Assembly: GCA_963819015.1 (NCBI GenBank)
Contig: CAWFUN010000001.1
Coordinates: forward strand, 486,887 to 510,886
Origin: Terriglobia bacterium
GTDB taxonomy: Bacteria > Acidobacteriota > Terriglobia > Acidiferrales > UBA7541
Direction: 5' to 3'
Length of the DNA stretch: 24,000 bases
Shown: positions 10,451-18,659 of the stretch, one piece after another
How positions within the stretch are numbered: the stretch's first letter is position 1
Layout: each line of letters starts with the position of its first letter
The notes under the pieces: model-generated
The model's database searches: none
Seen by the model: only the letters and a program-made list of their open reading frames with translations
What the model was told of the DNA's origin: nothing
Program-made: the position numbers and the translations under genes

Positions 10451-10474
10451 CAAAAGTGCGCTCCGCGGCGCGCA
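10451..10474 (-). terminator. weak intrinsic-terminator-like hairpin after the beta-propeller gene
   Basis: Minus strand: TGCGC-GCCGCGGA-GCGCA (10474-10457) followed by CTTTTGG, 3 nt after the stop at 10477. The stem is only 5 bp and the U-tract only 4 nt. Confidence 0.3.
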
Positions 10475-10476
10475 GC

Positions 10477-10707
10477 TCAGTTCCCGGAGTTGTCTGATTT
10501 ATCGGGCCGGTCGAACTCGTAAACCCCCAACGGGTCCTGGCCGAGCAGCAGGCGATCGGGCTCGACGAGAATCGTTGTGGCTTCCAAGCGCGCTCCGCCG
10601 GGGGTATACGTTCGGTAACTATCGAGGCGGTTACCATCTTTGTCGAAGTGCATCAGCAGCGTGCCGAAAGAAAGCCAGACCTCTCCCGTGGCCCGGTCGA
10701 CGCCCAT
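10477..10707 (-). CDS. C-terminal segment of the beta-propeller protein, in a different frame from 10806..11504
   Basis: The track ORF starts at M10707, but the same frame stays open and protein-like upstream to at least 10830 (..ETLDFQPAAQAARREIAREGPGGVLSPHRIITGMGVDRATGEVWLSF..MHFDKDGNRLDSYRTY). It carries another repeat of the xxFDxDGNxL type. Confidence 0.45.
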   Translation of the reverse strand: MGVDRATGEVWLSFGTLLMHFDKDGNRLDSYRTYTPGGARLEATTILVEPDRLLLGQDPLGVYEFDRPDKSDNSGN

Positions 10708-10805
10708 CCCGGTGATGATTCGGTGCGGACTCAGTACGCCGCCGGGCCCCTCCCGGGCGATTTCCCTCCGTGCTGCTTGGGCCGCAGGTTGGAAGTCGAG
10801 CGTTT

Positions 10806-11504
10806 CTAAAGAAACTCGAGAATGGGGGAACCGTGCAGGTCGAACTTCCGGACCGTCGGTTCAGGAATGTAGTCGAACGCGATGTAAAGGTTCGCCGCGG
10901 TGTCTCGCGCCAACCGGCCAAGGTTCACGAGGTGATTCAGATCCGGGCGGTCGCTCAAATCCGCCGGGTCTCCAAACGCGCGGACGAGCTTCCCGGAGGT
11001 GTCGTACACGCTGATCAGGTGGTCCGAAGACTGGCTGGTCACAGCGATCTCGCCGCCGGGGAGCAGCGCCACGGAAACCGGCTGGGCGACATTGAAGGAG
11101 ACAACGAGGGAGCCGTCGGCCGCGTAGACCTTCACCGCGTTGGCGCCCGCATCGGCGACGACCAAACGTCCCGCCTCGTCTGCGTCCAAGCTCACCCCGA
11201 AGACGATGGCCTCAGGAGCCTTCGCCTTCGGATTTTCAGGAACTTGGTCGATAGGCTTTCCCGTCGAGTCGTAAACGGACACCGCACGATTCGGTGCGGT
11301 CAACACGTAATATCGGCCCGCGGGGCCTCGAGCAACGGCCTGTAATCCAGGCCCCACGGCCGGAAGAATCCGTTGTCGCGCGAGCAACTCGGGTTCGACC
11401 TCGTAGTCCGACTGGCAAAACGCCGCGGAAGAAATCAGCAGAAATGAGAGTAAGAACATCACGCGGCGCAAGCGTGCCCGGAGTGCATGTTGCGTGGGAA
11501 ACAT
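10806..11504 (-). CDS. secreted NHL/beta-propeller-like repeat protein (N-terminal part; apparently truncated by a frameshift)
   Basis: Signal peptide MFLLSFLLISSAAFCQS. Repeated strands SVYDSTGKPIDQV / VKVYAADGSLVVSF / ISVYDTSGKLVRAFG. Ends at TAG 10808-10806 while an overlapping frame continues (see 10477..10707). Starts 4 nt after the ymdB stop. Confidence 0.7.
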   Translation of the reverse strand: MFPTQHALRARLRRVMFLLSFLLISSAAFCQSDYEVEPELLARQRILPAVGPGLQAVARGPAGRYYVLTAPNRAVSVYDSTGKPIDQVPENPKAKAPEAIVFGVSLDADEAGRLVVADAGANAVKVYAADGSLVVSFNVAQPVSVALLPGGEIAVTSQSSDHLISVYDTSGKLVRAFGDPADLSDRPDLNHLVNLGRLARDTAANLYIAFDYIPEPTVRKFDLHGSPILEFL

Positions 11505-11508
11505 GAAA

Positions 11509-12294
11509 TCAGGTGTCCAGGCGGTAGCGGCGCCGTTCGATCGTTCGCGCGCGGCCCGATGTTTCGTCTACGTCCAGCAGAACCGCGTTCATTTGAACGT
11601 CTCCCGCGGCGACCTCGAATCGCGCCGGAAGATTGTCCAAAAAGCGGCGCAGGATCGCCGTGCGCTCCATGCCGATCACGCCGTCGTGAGGACCCGTCAT
11701 GCCCACGTCGGAAATGTACGCGGTGCCCTGCGGCAGCACGTGCTCGTCGGCGGTCGCGACGTGCGTGTGCGTGCCCACCACGGCGGACACCCGCCCGTCC
11801 AAATACCAGCCCATCGCCATCTTTTCGCTGGTGGTTTCCGCGTGCATGTCCACAACAATGATCTTCACCTCGCTCGGCAAAGCCGCCAACTCGCGGTCCG
11901 CGGCGCGGAAGGGACAGTCGGTGGAGCCCAGGAACACCCGGCCTTGCAGGTTCACCACGGCGTAGCGCGCGCCGTTACGCGCCGTGCCAAGAAAGACTCC
12001 GCGGCCCGGCGTTCCCTCGGGAAAATTGGCCGGACGAAGCAGCCGTGGCTCACGTGGGATGTACTCGAGCAACTCTTTACGATCCCAGATGTGATTGCCC
12101 CCGGTGAGCACTTCGATCCCGGCCGCAAACAACTCCTCGGCCAACCGGGGTGTGATACCGAAACCCGCGGCGGCATTCTCTCCATTCGCGAGAACGAGAT
12201 CGATCCCCTCTTGCGACACAATGTCCGCAAGCCGGTCCGCCACAATTCGCCGCCCGGGCGAACCAACAATATCTCCAATGAAGAGTATCCGCAT
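11509..12294 (-). CDS. ymdB: YmdB-family metallophosphoesterase (TIGR00282-type 2',3'-cyclic-nucleotide phosphodiesterase)
   Basis: 261 aa. [65 protein letters not shown] and ISDVGMTGP are the calcineurin-like metal-ligand blocks typical of YmdB. AAGGAA RBS. Confidence 0.9.
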   Translation of the reverse strand: MRILFIGDIVGSPGRRIVADRLADIVSQEGIDLVLANGENAAAGFGITPRLAEELFAAGIEVLTGGNHIWDRKELLEYIPREPRLLRPANFPEGTPGRGVFLGTARNGARYAVVNLQGRVFLGSTDCPFRAADRELAALPSEVKIIVVDMHAETTSEKMAMGWYLDGRVSAVVGTHTHVATADEHVLPQGTAYISDVGMTGPHDGVIGMERTAILRRFLDNLPARFEVAAGDVQMNAVLLDVDETSGRARTIERRRYRLDT

Positions 12295-12440
12295 GTTCCT
12301 TACGTTCTTCTTCGATGAGTCCGGATTTGGCTATGGATGCAGTCTGCCCGCAGACCGATGCCCGCCGCCCGGCACGGGCGCGCCACACCCATCTTATCCC
12401 GTCTCGGCGACGAGAGGGCACGGGGAGGCCAGAAATCTCG

Positions 12441-12473
12441 CCGCGCCTGCCTGCCGGCAGCAAGCAGGCGCGG
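12441..12473 (-). terminator. GC-rich stem-loop downstream of receptor 1 (possible terminator)
   Basis: Perfect 10-bp arms CCGCGCCTGC (12441-12450) and GCAGGCGCGG (12464-12473) around a loop that is itself palindromic (CTGCCGGCAG). On the minus strand it is followed by CGAGATTTCTGG, a poor U-tract. Lies 33 nt after the stop at 12506. Confidence 0.4.
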
Positions 12474-12505
12474 AGTGACACCGGGTAGGACCTCTCAACC
12501 GGACG

Positions 12506-15202
12506 TTAGAAGTGGAACCCGAGCTCCAGCGTCGCAGTTCGCGGCGTGACGTAGTGCGTCCCGCTAAATGTGGACAGGAAGTTGTAAAGTGCCACCTTGT
12601 TCGTCAGGTTGACCACCGTCAATTGCAAGCTCCATCGCTTGTGATCGCCGTGGAACAAATTGTCGTCCCCGATCGCCAAATCAAACAGGCTCCGCGGGGC
12701 GATGCGCGGAGGGTTGTGGTCGTCGTTTTCGGTCCCTGCCGCCGGCACGGAGATCAGTGTGGACCCAAAGTGCGACGCCAGGCACGCCAAAGGGAGCGAA
12801 ATGCCTGAAGGGTGCGTAGCGCTGGGTGGCGCAGCCCCCACGCCATTGCAAGTGAATCCCGCCTCGAATTCTTGATCCGCGGTAAAGGGGACCCCGCTTG
12901 TTGTTTCCATGAGGATCGCCGGCTGGCCGCCGAGCGTCGTGGATTGGGCGCAGTTGCCCCCGAAGCAAGGAGCCTGGCCCGCCACTAGCCCGCTGTCGTA
13001 ACGCCAGTTGAAGCCAAACCACGGCCCGTTTTTCCACGGCTGATACTGGAGGTGCGTCGTTTCATTGAAAACTTCGTCGTGGTCGATCCGGAACACGCCG
13101 CCGGACTGCCCCACGGTGACGCCCAACCCCCCAATCTGCGGCGGGAAGAACCGCGCGTTTACGTGGGACATCACGACGAACGCCGAAAAACCATGGACTG
13201 TCGGCACGGTTCCCCGCACCGTGAAACCCGGGATCTTCGACTTGGTCCATTCCACCGGAAACGTGATCGGCGTGTTTCCCAGGATGCTAAAGTCGTATCC
13301 TTCGCGCGTGTACTTCCAGACGTACTCCCCATCCAAGACGAAGTATCGTCCGAAGGCCTGCTGCAACCCCGCGTGGAACTCATTTCGCGTGCCGGGAGTG
13401 AGTGGGGCGGGAACGCAAGGCACCAGAAAGGAAATCACCGGGTCATTGCAACCCGAATTCGCAACGATGAGGTTCTCGTTGAAGGGAGTCTCCATCGTTC
13501 GCGCGTACGACAGGCGAAGAATCGTATTGGTCTTTGAGATCTTGTAAGCAACGCCGTCGCGGGGCTCCAGAAGATCCTTCACGACCAGCCCGTTATACGC
13601 ATCGCCCCGGACGCCGAGGTTGAACGACCAGTTTCCAACCGTGATTGTATCCTCCAGGTACAAGGCGAGCTCTTTCACGTCCGTGTGGCCATGAAAGAGA
13701 TATTCCGGCACGTGCTGGTAGGTCCCATTGTAGCTGCTCGGATTCGGGCAGCCATCCGTCGTCGCTTCCGAAGCCGTCAGCGGCTCGGCCAGGTCGTAAC
13801 ACGCGGCGATCGAGTCGGTCACATCGACCCCAGGATCGACGATTCCTAGCCGGTCGTTTTCCGTGAGATAGGTCTGCTGGTAGACCATGCCGCCCTTTAC
13901 GTTGTTGACGCCTCTCACGTAGGAAAATTCGGCGCGGAAGCCGGCATTCTTGAGAGTGCGGTTCTGGCCAATCGTTTCGCTCTGCAAAGGGCCGAAGTCG
14001 GAGAACGGATTAGCGCTCGGGTCGTAGTTATAGTGGTCCTGGCGAACGAAACCGCTGAGCGTAACTATCACCGTCGTGCCGATCAGATGTGTCCACGTGG
14101 GCGCGACGTTGAACGTCGTGATGACCGAGCGCTGATCGGTTGGCCCGACCGGGTTGCCGAACGGATCGGTCGCATCGATGTTCAGGTTGTCGTACGTATT
14201 CGGATTCTGGAACCAGGAGTGCGTGTATTCGAGATTCAATTGAAGCGTGTCTGCCGCGGTCGGTTTGAAATCAATCCGGTCAAAAACGTTCTCCTCGTGG
14301 CCGTGGTCGTGCATCACCTCGAATTCCGGCGGGTCGAGAAACCGCCTGGAATAGAGGCCGCTTGCGGCGACAAAATTGCCCCATTTGGGGCCTCCCGTCG
14401 ACAGATTGAAATCTAGCGACGGCGTCCCAAAGGTGCTGTATGACGCGACGACATTTCCTGTCGGCTGCGTGGCGCCGAGACCCGATCTCGTCGTCGCGAC
14501 GATAATCACGCTCGTCTTGTCCCCAAATTCCGCCGGAGGAGCACCGGGAATCACCTCCAGGGATTGAACCGCATCCAGTGGAATCTGGTTTGAGAAGATT
14601 TTGCTTTGCTGGTCCGTGATGGGCTGGTTGTCAACCGTGAAGGAGTTCTCCGCATGATCACCCATCCCGTGAAAGAGGCCGTTCGAGTCCGCCGCGATTC
14701 CCGGAGTGGAAAGCGTGACCAGCGAACTTAAAGAAGAGGATTGGCTTTCCAGGGGAAGTTTGTCGAACAGGCCGCGGTCCACATCCGTATGCGCCGTGGA
14801 ATCGGTTTCCAGCAGGTCGCCCGCATCCGTCCTGACGCTGACCTGTTCCGATGCGCCTGCGATCTGCAAGCCAACTTTCAGCGAGATCGGCAAGCTCGAG
14901 CGGACGTCAACATCCTGCACGAACGACGCAAACCCGTTTGCCGTCACCGTCAAGTGATATGGGTTGAAGGGAACGTTTGGAAAACTGAAAGCGCCCGCGG
15001 AATCCGTCCGCGTGGTTCGGTCGTAACCGCTCACGGGATTGTGGATTTCCACGGTTGCGCCTGAGATCAGGGCGTTCGATGGATCGGTCACCGTCCCTGA
15101 TACAGAGGTTGAGCTACTGGTCGACTGCGCGAACAGCTGTGGCGCGGTGAAAAACACCGCCATCGCTGCAATAAATGCCCAACGAAATAATCTTTTCTGC
15201 AT
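12506..15202 (-). CDS. TonB-dependent receptor with N-terminal carboxypeptidase-regulatory-like domain (receptor 1)
   Basis: Start at ATG 15202 (MQKRLFRWAFIAAMAVFFTAPQLFAQS signal peptide) preceded by AAGGAGA. CarboxypepD_reg-like SGTVTDPSNALISGATVEIHNPVSGYDRTTRTDSAGAFSFPNVP, a plug-like region, a long beta-barrel, and a C-terminal ..ATLELGFHF ending in Phe. Confidence 0.9.
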   Translation of the reverse strand: MQKRLFRWAFIAAMAVFFTAPQLFAQSTSSSTSVSGTVTDPSNALISGATVEIHNPVSGYDRTTRTDSAGAFSFPNVPFNPYHLTVTANGFASFVQDVDVRSSLPISLKVGLQIAGASEQVSVRTDAGDLLETDSTAHTDVDRGLFDKLPLESQSSSLSSLVTLSTPGIAADSNGLFHGMGDHAENSFTVDNQPITDQQSKIFSNQIPLDAVQSLEVIPGAPPAEFGDKTSVIIVATTRSGLGATQPTGNVVASYSTFGTPSLDFNLSTGGPKWGNFVAASGLYSRRFLDPPEFEVMHDHGHEENVFDRIDFKPTAADTLQLNLEYTHSWFQNPNTYDNLNIDATDPFGNPVGPTDQRSVITTFNVAPTWTHLIGTTVIVTLSGFVRQDHYNYDPSANPFSDFGPLQSETIGQNRTLKNAGFRAEFSYVRGVNNVKGGMVYQQTYLTENDRLGIVDPGVDVTDSIAACYDLAEPLTASEATTDGCPNPSSYNGTYQHVPEYLFHGHTDVKELALYLEDTITVGNWSFNLGVRGDAYNGLVVKDLLEPRDGVAYKISKTNTILRLSYARTMETPFNENLIVANSGCNDPVISFLVPCVPAPLTPGTRNEFHAGLQQAFGRYFVLDGEYVWKYTREGYDFSILGNTPITFPVEWTKSKIPGFTVRGTVPTVHGFSAFVVMSHVNARFFPPQIGGLGVTVGQSGGVFRIDHDEVFNETTHLQYQPWKNGPWFGFNWRYDSGLVAGQAPCFGGNCAQSTTLGGQPAILMETTSGVPFTADQEFEAGFTCNGVGAAPPSATHPSGISLPLACLASHFGSTLISVPAAGTENDDHNPPRIAPRSLFDLAIGDDNLFHGDHKRWSLQLTVVNLTNKVALYNFLSTFSGTHYVTPRTATLELGFHF

Positions 15203-15320
15203 TGCGTCTCCTTGTGTGCAAAGCCGGCGCGCATCCCAATGCGCGCGGGAAAAAGGCCAAGTTAGGGAGCAGCCCGGCTGGAGCGCGGTTCCTGCCCGCA
15301 AAGAGAAAGAACTCAGGGAA

Positions 15321-15620
15321 TTAAGCTTGGCTGGGAGGGGCTCGCGAGGACGCGCGTGCAAGTTCAGCAGAGGAATAGAGAATCGTGCCGCTTAGCGGCG
15401 CGCGCATAGCAATCGCACAAAGAGAGATCGGGGCGGGCGGCGCAACCGGCGCGGTCACCGGCATATGCGCAACCTGGCACACGGGGCAAGCAGCCTCCGC
15501 TCCCGGTGCGTCGTAGTGCCAGACTCCGCCCGCCGCCAGGAGGGAGAACAGCGCCACGAGTGCCGCGCCAGTCAGCAAGCGGGTGCGAAGCTTCGAAAGC
15601 GAGTTGTCGCGGGGCGCCAT
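15321..15620 (-). CDS. small single-pass membrane protein with conserved CPVCQVAHMP motif (copy 1)
   Basis: 99 aa: N-terminal basic stretch, TM helix LLTGAALVALFSLLAAGGVW, then AACPVCQVAHMPVTAPVAPP. The paralog at 18787..19086 has the same length, start and stop, with 17 aa differences. About half of the 47 nt differences are silent, which argues for real coding sequence. Confidence 0.65.
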   Translation of the reverse strand: MAPRDNSLSKLRTRLLTGAALVALFSLLAAGGVWHYDAPGAEAACPVCQVAHMPVTAPVAPPAPISLCAIAMRAPLSGTILYSSAELARASSRAPPSQA

Positions 15621-15695
15621 TGGAAGTACGTATTCTATACTAGATGACGGCGGGCACGGCGGCGTTGCAGGCTTTTTGCGCGAGAGGCACTGCCT

Positions 15696-15815
15696 CTACG
15701 CCGATTGGCGCAGGGCGCGTTCGACCAATGTCAGGCAGCGCTCGGCCCGCTCGCGAACGGAAGTGTCGCGCCGCGCGAGTTCCTGTCGCAGCGATTCCAG
15801 CCCGTCCGCGATCGC
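15696..15815 (-). pseudogene. remnant of the last 39 codons + stop of zapA (no start, no N-terminal part)
   Basis: Minus-strand translation AIADGLESLRQELARRDTSVRERAERCLTLVERALRQSA* versus intact ZapA AIADELESLRQEHARRDTSVRERAERCLTLVERALRQSA*. Upstream of 15816 the sequence is unrelated to zapA. Confidence 0.75.
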
Positions 15816-15968
15816 CGTTTACCGGAGCGTTGTTCGCCCCCACCAAGGACACGAGATCCACCTCCGTTCACTCTGGGTTCGTTCCGTAGGGGCTGAGGCT
15901 TTCCAGCAGCGTGCCAACCATGGTTCTATCTGAGTGGGAATAATCACCTGACCTCGGAAAGGAAGGTA

Positions 15969-18659
15969 TCAGAAGGCGATACCCAACTCCGCCCGGTACG
16001 TGCGCGGCGCAACGAAATGCGTCCCCGAGCAAGTCGAAAGGAAGTTGAAGAGCGCCTCTTTGTTGGTAATGTTCAGAGCCTCAAACCGCAAGGTCCAACG
16101 CACCCGATCCGTGTGGAAAAGATTGTCGGTCCCGACCCCGACGTTGAACAGGTTGCGTCCTCGGACACGCGGGGGATTCGTGTCGTCATTTTCCGTGCCG
16201 GCTGGGGGGATACTTACCAGTTTTGTCCCCCAGTTCGAAGAAGTGCAAGTCTTGATCGGAATAAAAGGCGTCGCGACCTGATTGCCGCAATAAAACCCAA
16301 TCTGCGCTTGCTGGTCGGCGGTCAGCCCCAGCACGCTCGCTAGATCCGGAACTGCGCCCGCCACGATGCCGCTGTCATAGCGCCAAGTAAACGCCACCCA
16401 CGGCACATTCTTTTTCATCTGATACTGAATGTAAGTTGTGCTCTGGAAGTTTTGGTCGTGGTCGATCCGCAGGACGCTGACGTTTATGGGAGCTTGGAAG
16501 ATCAAACCGCCGTTCTCCGGGCCGAACACGCGGGCTCGCGTATGCCCCAGATTAAGGTAGGCGGACAGGCCCTTCCACTGGCGAAGGGACAGCCGCGAGG
16601 AGAAACCGTCCATCTTGGAATGGTCCCACTCGATCGGAAAGAAAATCGCAGTGGTAAAGATATTGTCCAGGTCGAACGCGTTGCGAGTGTACTTCCAGAA
16701 GTAGTCGGCATCCAGCACCCAATGCGAGCCTATAGCCTGTTCCAGGCCGGCGTTGTACATGTTGCGAATTCCCGGTTTAAGCGGCACGCTCGCATACCCG
16801 CCGAACACATTTGTCGCCAAGCCGCCGGCGCCCGTCTCGCTCGACAGCACCAAGTTCTCGTTTAGCGGGGTCTCGTAGGTGTGCGAATAAGCCACCCGGA
16901 ATACGGTGCCTGTGCGAGCAACGTGATAGGACAGACCCAGACGAGGATCGGGTTGCCACCCGCGGCTGATACCGGTATAGTTATCGATCCGTAATCCGAC
17001 GTTCAGAAGCCAATTGCCAAGAGTAATGGCATCCTGGGCGTAAAAAGCCTCCTCCCTGATATCCGCGTGGCCGTTAAAGTGAAATAAAGTTCCTCCACGC
17101 GTCAGGTCGTACGCAACGAGGCCGGGCTTGAAGCCGTTATCCGTGGTATTCGGGAAAAACCCAGCCCCCGTGCACTGGCTCGTCTGAGTAAGATTGGGCT
17201 GATCGATGACCGGGTCAGTGAGCTGCGCGTCAGTGTAGCAAACTGGATTGAACGTCGGGTCGGTCAGTCCTAGGCTGAAGCGCTCCAACAGCAGGGTGTG
17301 GGTAAACTGCGCGCCGATCTTGACGTTGTGCCGCCCATGAGCATAACTGAGATCCGCCTTCAGACCCAGGTTGGTCAGCGTCCTGTATTGCGCCAATGTG
17401 GCGGGTGTGTCCGCGAATGAAAGCATTTGATTTTGGTTCGTCGGGTAGTAATTGACCTCGTCATGACGCACGAACGCGTTCACACTCAAGAGTGTATTGG
17501 GCCCCAAGGCACCAACCCAGCCTGGGGCGATGTTGTAGGACCGCACCTGTTGCCTCTGATCCTGCCCGGAAACCAGCCCATCATAGGTGTTAGGAATCTG
17601 AAACCAGTTTCTTGCCCCCATGATGTCGAGGTGGAATGTATTCGCGGAGTTTAGCTGGTAATCGCTCCGGGAAAACACGGTCTCATTGTTGCCTATATCG
17701 TGCATTGGTACCCACTCGGCGGTATCCAGGAAACGGCCTGAGCGGGTGGCATTCACCGCGAAGAACTGACCCCATTTGCTGCCGCCGAACCCGATGTCGC
17801 CTTTCAGATTGTCAGTCCCGAAAGAGCCGTACCCGGTCGAAAAACTGCCGCGCGTCGGCTGTCCAAGCCCCGACCGGGTTACGGTGGTAACGACCAGCGA
17901 GGTCTTATCACCGTACTCGGCAGGGGTTCCTCCATAAACCGCTTCCACGGACTGAATCGCGTTCAGCGGAATCTGCGTGGAGAAGAGGTTGCCTTGCTGG
18001 TCCGTGATCGGTTGGCCGTCGACGGAAAGACTCATTTGGGCGTGATCGCCGAGAGAGTGGAAGAAGCCATCCGAATCCGCCACCACGGCGGGAGAAGCAA
18101 GCGTGATGACGTCGCTGAGGCCAGATGCGACCGATGGCGTTGGCATCTTTGAAAACAGCGTGTTATCGACAATTGACGACGCCGTAGGATTGGTTTCAAC
18201 CAGCGGCTTTTCACCAACAACCGTGAGCGAGGCGTACTGCCCCGGAATGGCCAGCCTGATTTCCAGGTCCACGGGTACAGTGCTCCGAACGTCTAAATCT
18301 TGATGATAATGTTGGAAGCCGGCAGCATCGACCTCGAAGTGGTAGATATTCGGGGGAATGTTCGTGAACTTAAACTCACCGGAAGCCGAGGTCACGACCT
18401 CCCGGCGATATAAGGTCAAATCGTTGTACAGACTTACACGTGCGCCAGCGATAGCGGCGCCGCTTGGATCGGTGACTTTTCCACCGATGGTTCCGGCAGT
18501 GCCGAGAGACTGGCCGGACGCACAGGGACGAAAGGTGAACAGTGAGCCGACAAGCAAAAGGATGCCCAGAGCCAGTCGCGGCAGCGCAGATTCGCAGCCT
18601 CGGGCCCTGCCAAAGCGAAAGTTGCAATAACGAAAAGGACTGAGAAAAGCTGAATTCAT
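15969..18659 (-). CDS. TonB-dependent receptor with N-terminal carboxypeptidase-regulatory-like domain (receptor 2, distant paralog of receptor 1)
   Basis: Start at ATG 18659 (MNSAFLSPF...LALGILLLVGSLFTFRPCASGQS) preceded by AAGGAGA. GGKVTDPSGAAIAGARVSLYNDLTLYRREVVTSASGEFKFTNIPP, plug and barrel, C-terminal ..RAELGIAF. Same architecture as receptor 1, but many residues differ. Confidence 0.9.
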   Translation of the reverse strand: MNSAFLSPFRYCNFRFGRARGCESALPRLALGILLLVGSLFTFRPCASGQSLGTAGTIGGKVTDPSGAAIAGARVSLYNDLTLYRREVVTSASGEFKFTNIPPNIYHFEVDAAGFQHYHQDLDVRSTVPVDLEIRLAIPGQYASLTVVGEKPLVETNPTASSIVDNTLFSKMPTPSVASGLSDVITLASPAVVADSDGFFHSLGDHAQMSLSVDGQPITDQQGNLFSTQIPLNAIQSVEAVYGGTPAEYGDKTSLVVTTVTRSGLGQPTRGSFSTGYGSFGTDNLKGDIGFGGSKWGQFFAVNATRSGRFLDTAEWVPMHDIGNNETVFSRSDYQLNSANTFHLDIMGARNWFQIPNTYDGLVSGQDQRQQVRSYNIAPGWVGALGPNTLLSVNAFVRHDEVNYYPTNQNQMLSFADTPATLAQYRTLTNLGLKADLSYAHGRHNVKIGAQFTHTLLLERFSLGLTDPTFNPVCYTDAQLTDPVIDQPNLTQTSQCTGAGFFPNTTDNGFKPGLVAYDLTRGGTLFHFNGHADIREEAFYAQDAITLGNWLLNVGLRIDNYTGISRGWQPDPRLGLSYHVARTGTVFRVAYSHTYETPLNENLVLSSETGAGGLATNVFGGYASVPLKPGIRNMYNAGLEQAIGSHWVLDADYFWKYTRNAFDLDNIFTTAIFFPIEWDHSKMDGFSSRLSLRQWKGLSAYLNLGHTRARVFGPENGGLIFQAPINVSVLRIDHDQNFQSTTYIQYQMKKNVPWVAFTWRYDSGIVAGAVPDLASVLGLTADQQAQIGFYCGNQVATPFIPIKTCTSSNWGTKLVSIPPAGTENDDTNPPRVRGRNLFNVGVGTDNLFHTDRVRWTLRFEALNITNKEALFNFLSTCSGTHFVAPRTYRAELGIAF

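Larger units (their letters stand above)
15203..15816. repeat. copy 1 of a ~615-bp duplicated cassette (receptor leader + small ORF + spacer + zapA 3' fragment)
   Basis: Hand alignment with 18660..19282. The small ORF has 47 substitutions in 300 nt and no indels; the 75-nt spacer has 6; the 121-nt zapA-derived part has 6. Similarity ends abruptly at the receptor start codon and inside zapA. Confidence 0.85.

Noticed and set aside
10800-10820. Programmed -1 ribosomal frameshift joining the two beta-propeller frames
   Set aside because: GAGTTTCTTTAG is not an X-XXY-YYZ slippery heptamer, and I see no downstream pseudoknot or hairpin. A simple indel or pseudogene is more parsimonious.
15203-15361. 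N-terminal extensions of both receptor ORFs (to 15361 and 18911) that overlap the small CxxC ORFs
   Set aside because: Both receptors have an ATG with an AAGGAGA RBS followed by a signal peptide at 15202 and 18659. The extensions are in non-coding leader sequence and overlap the conserved small ORF.
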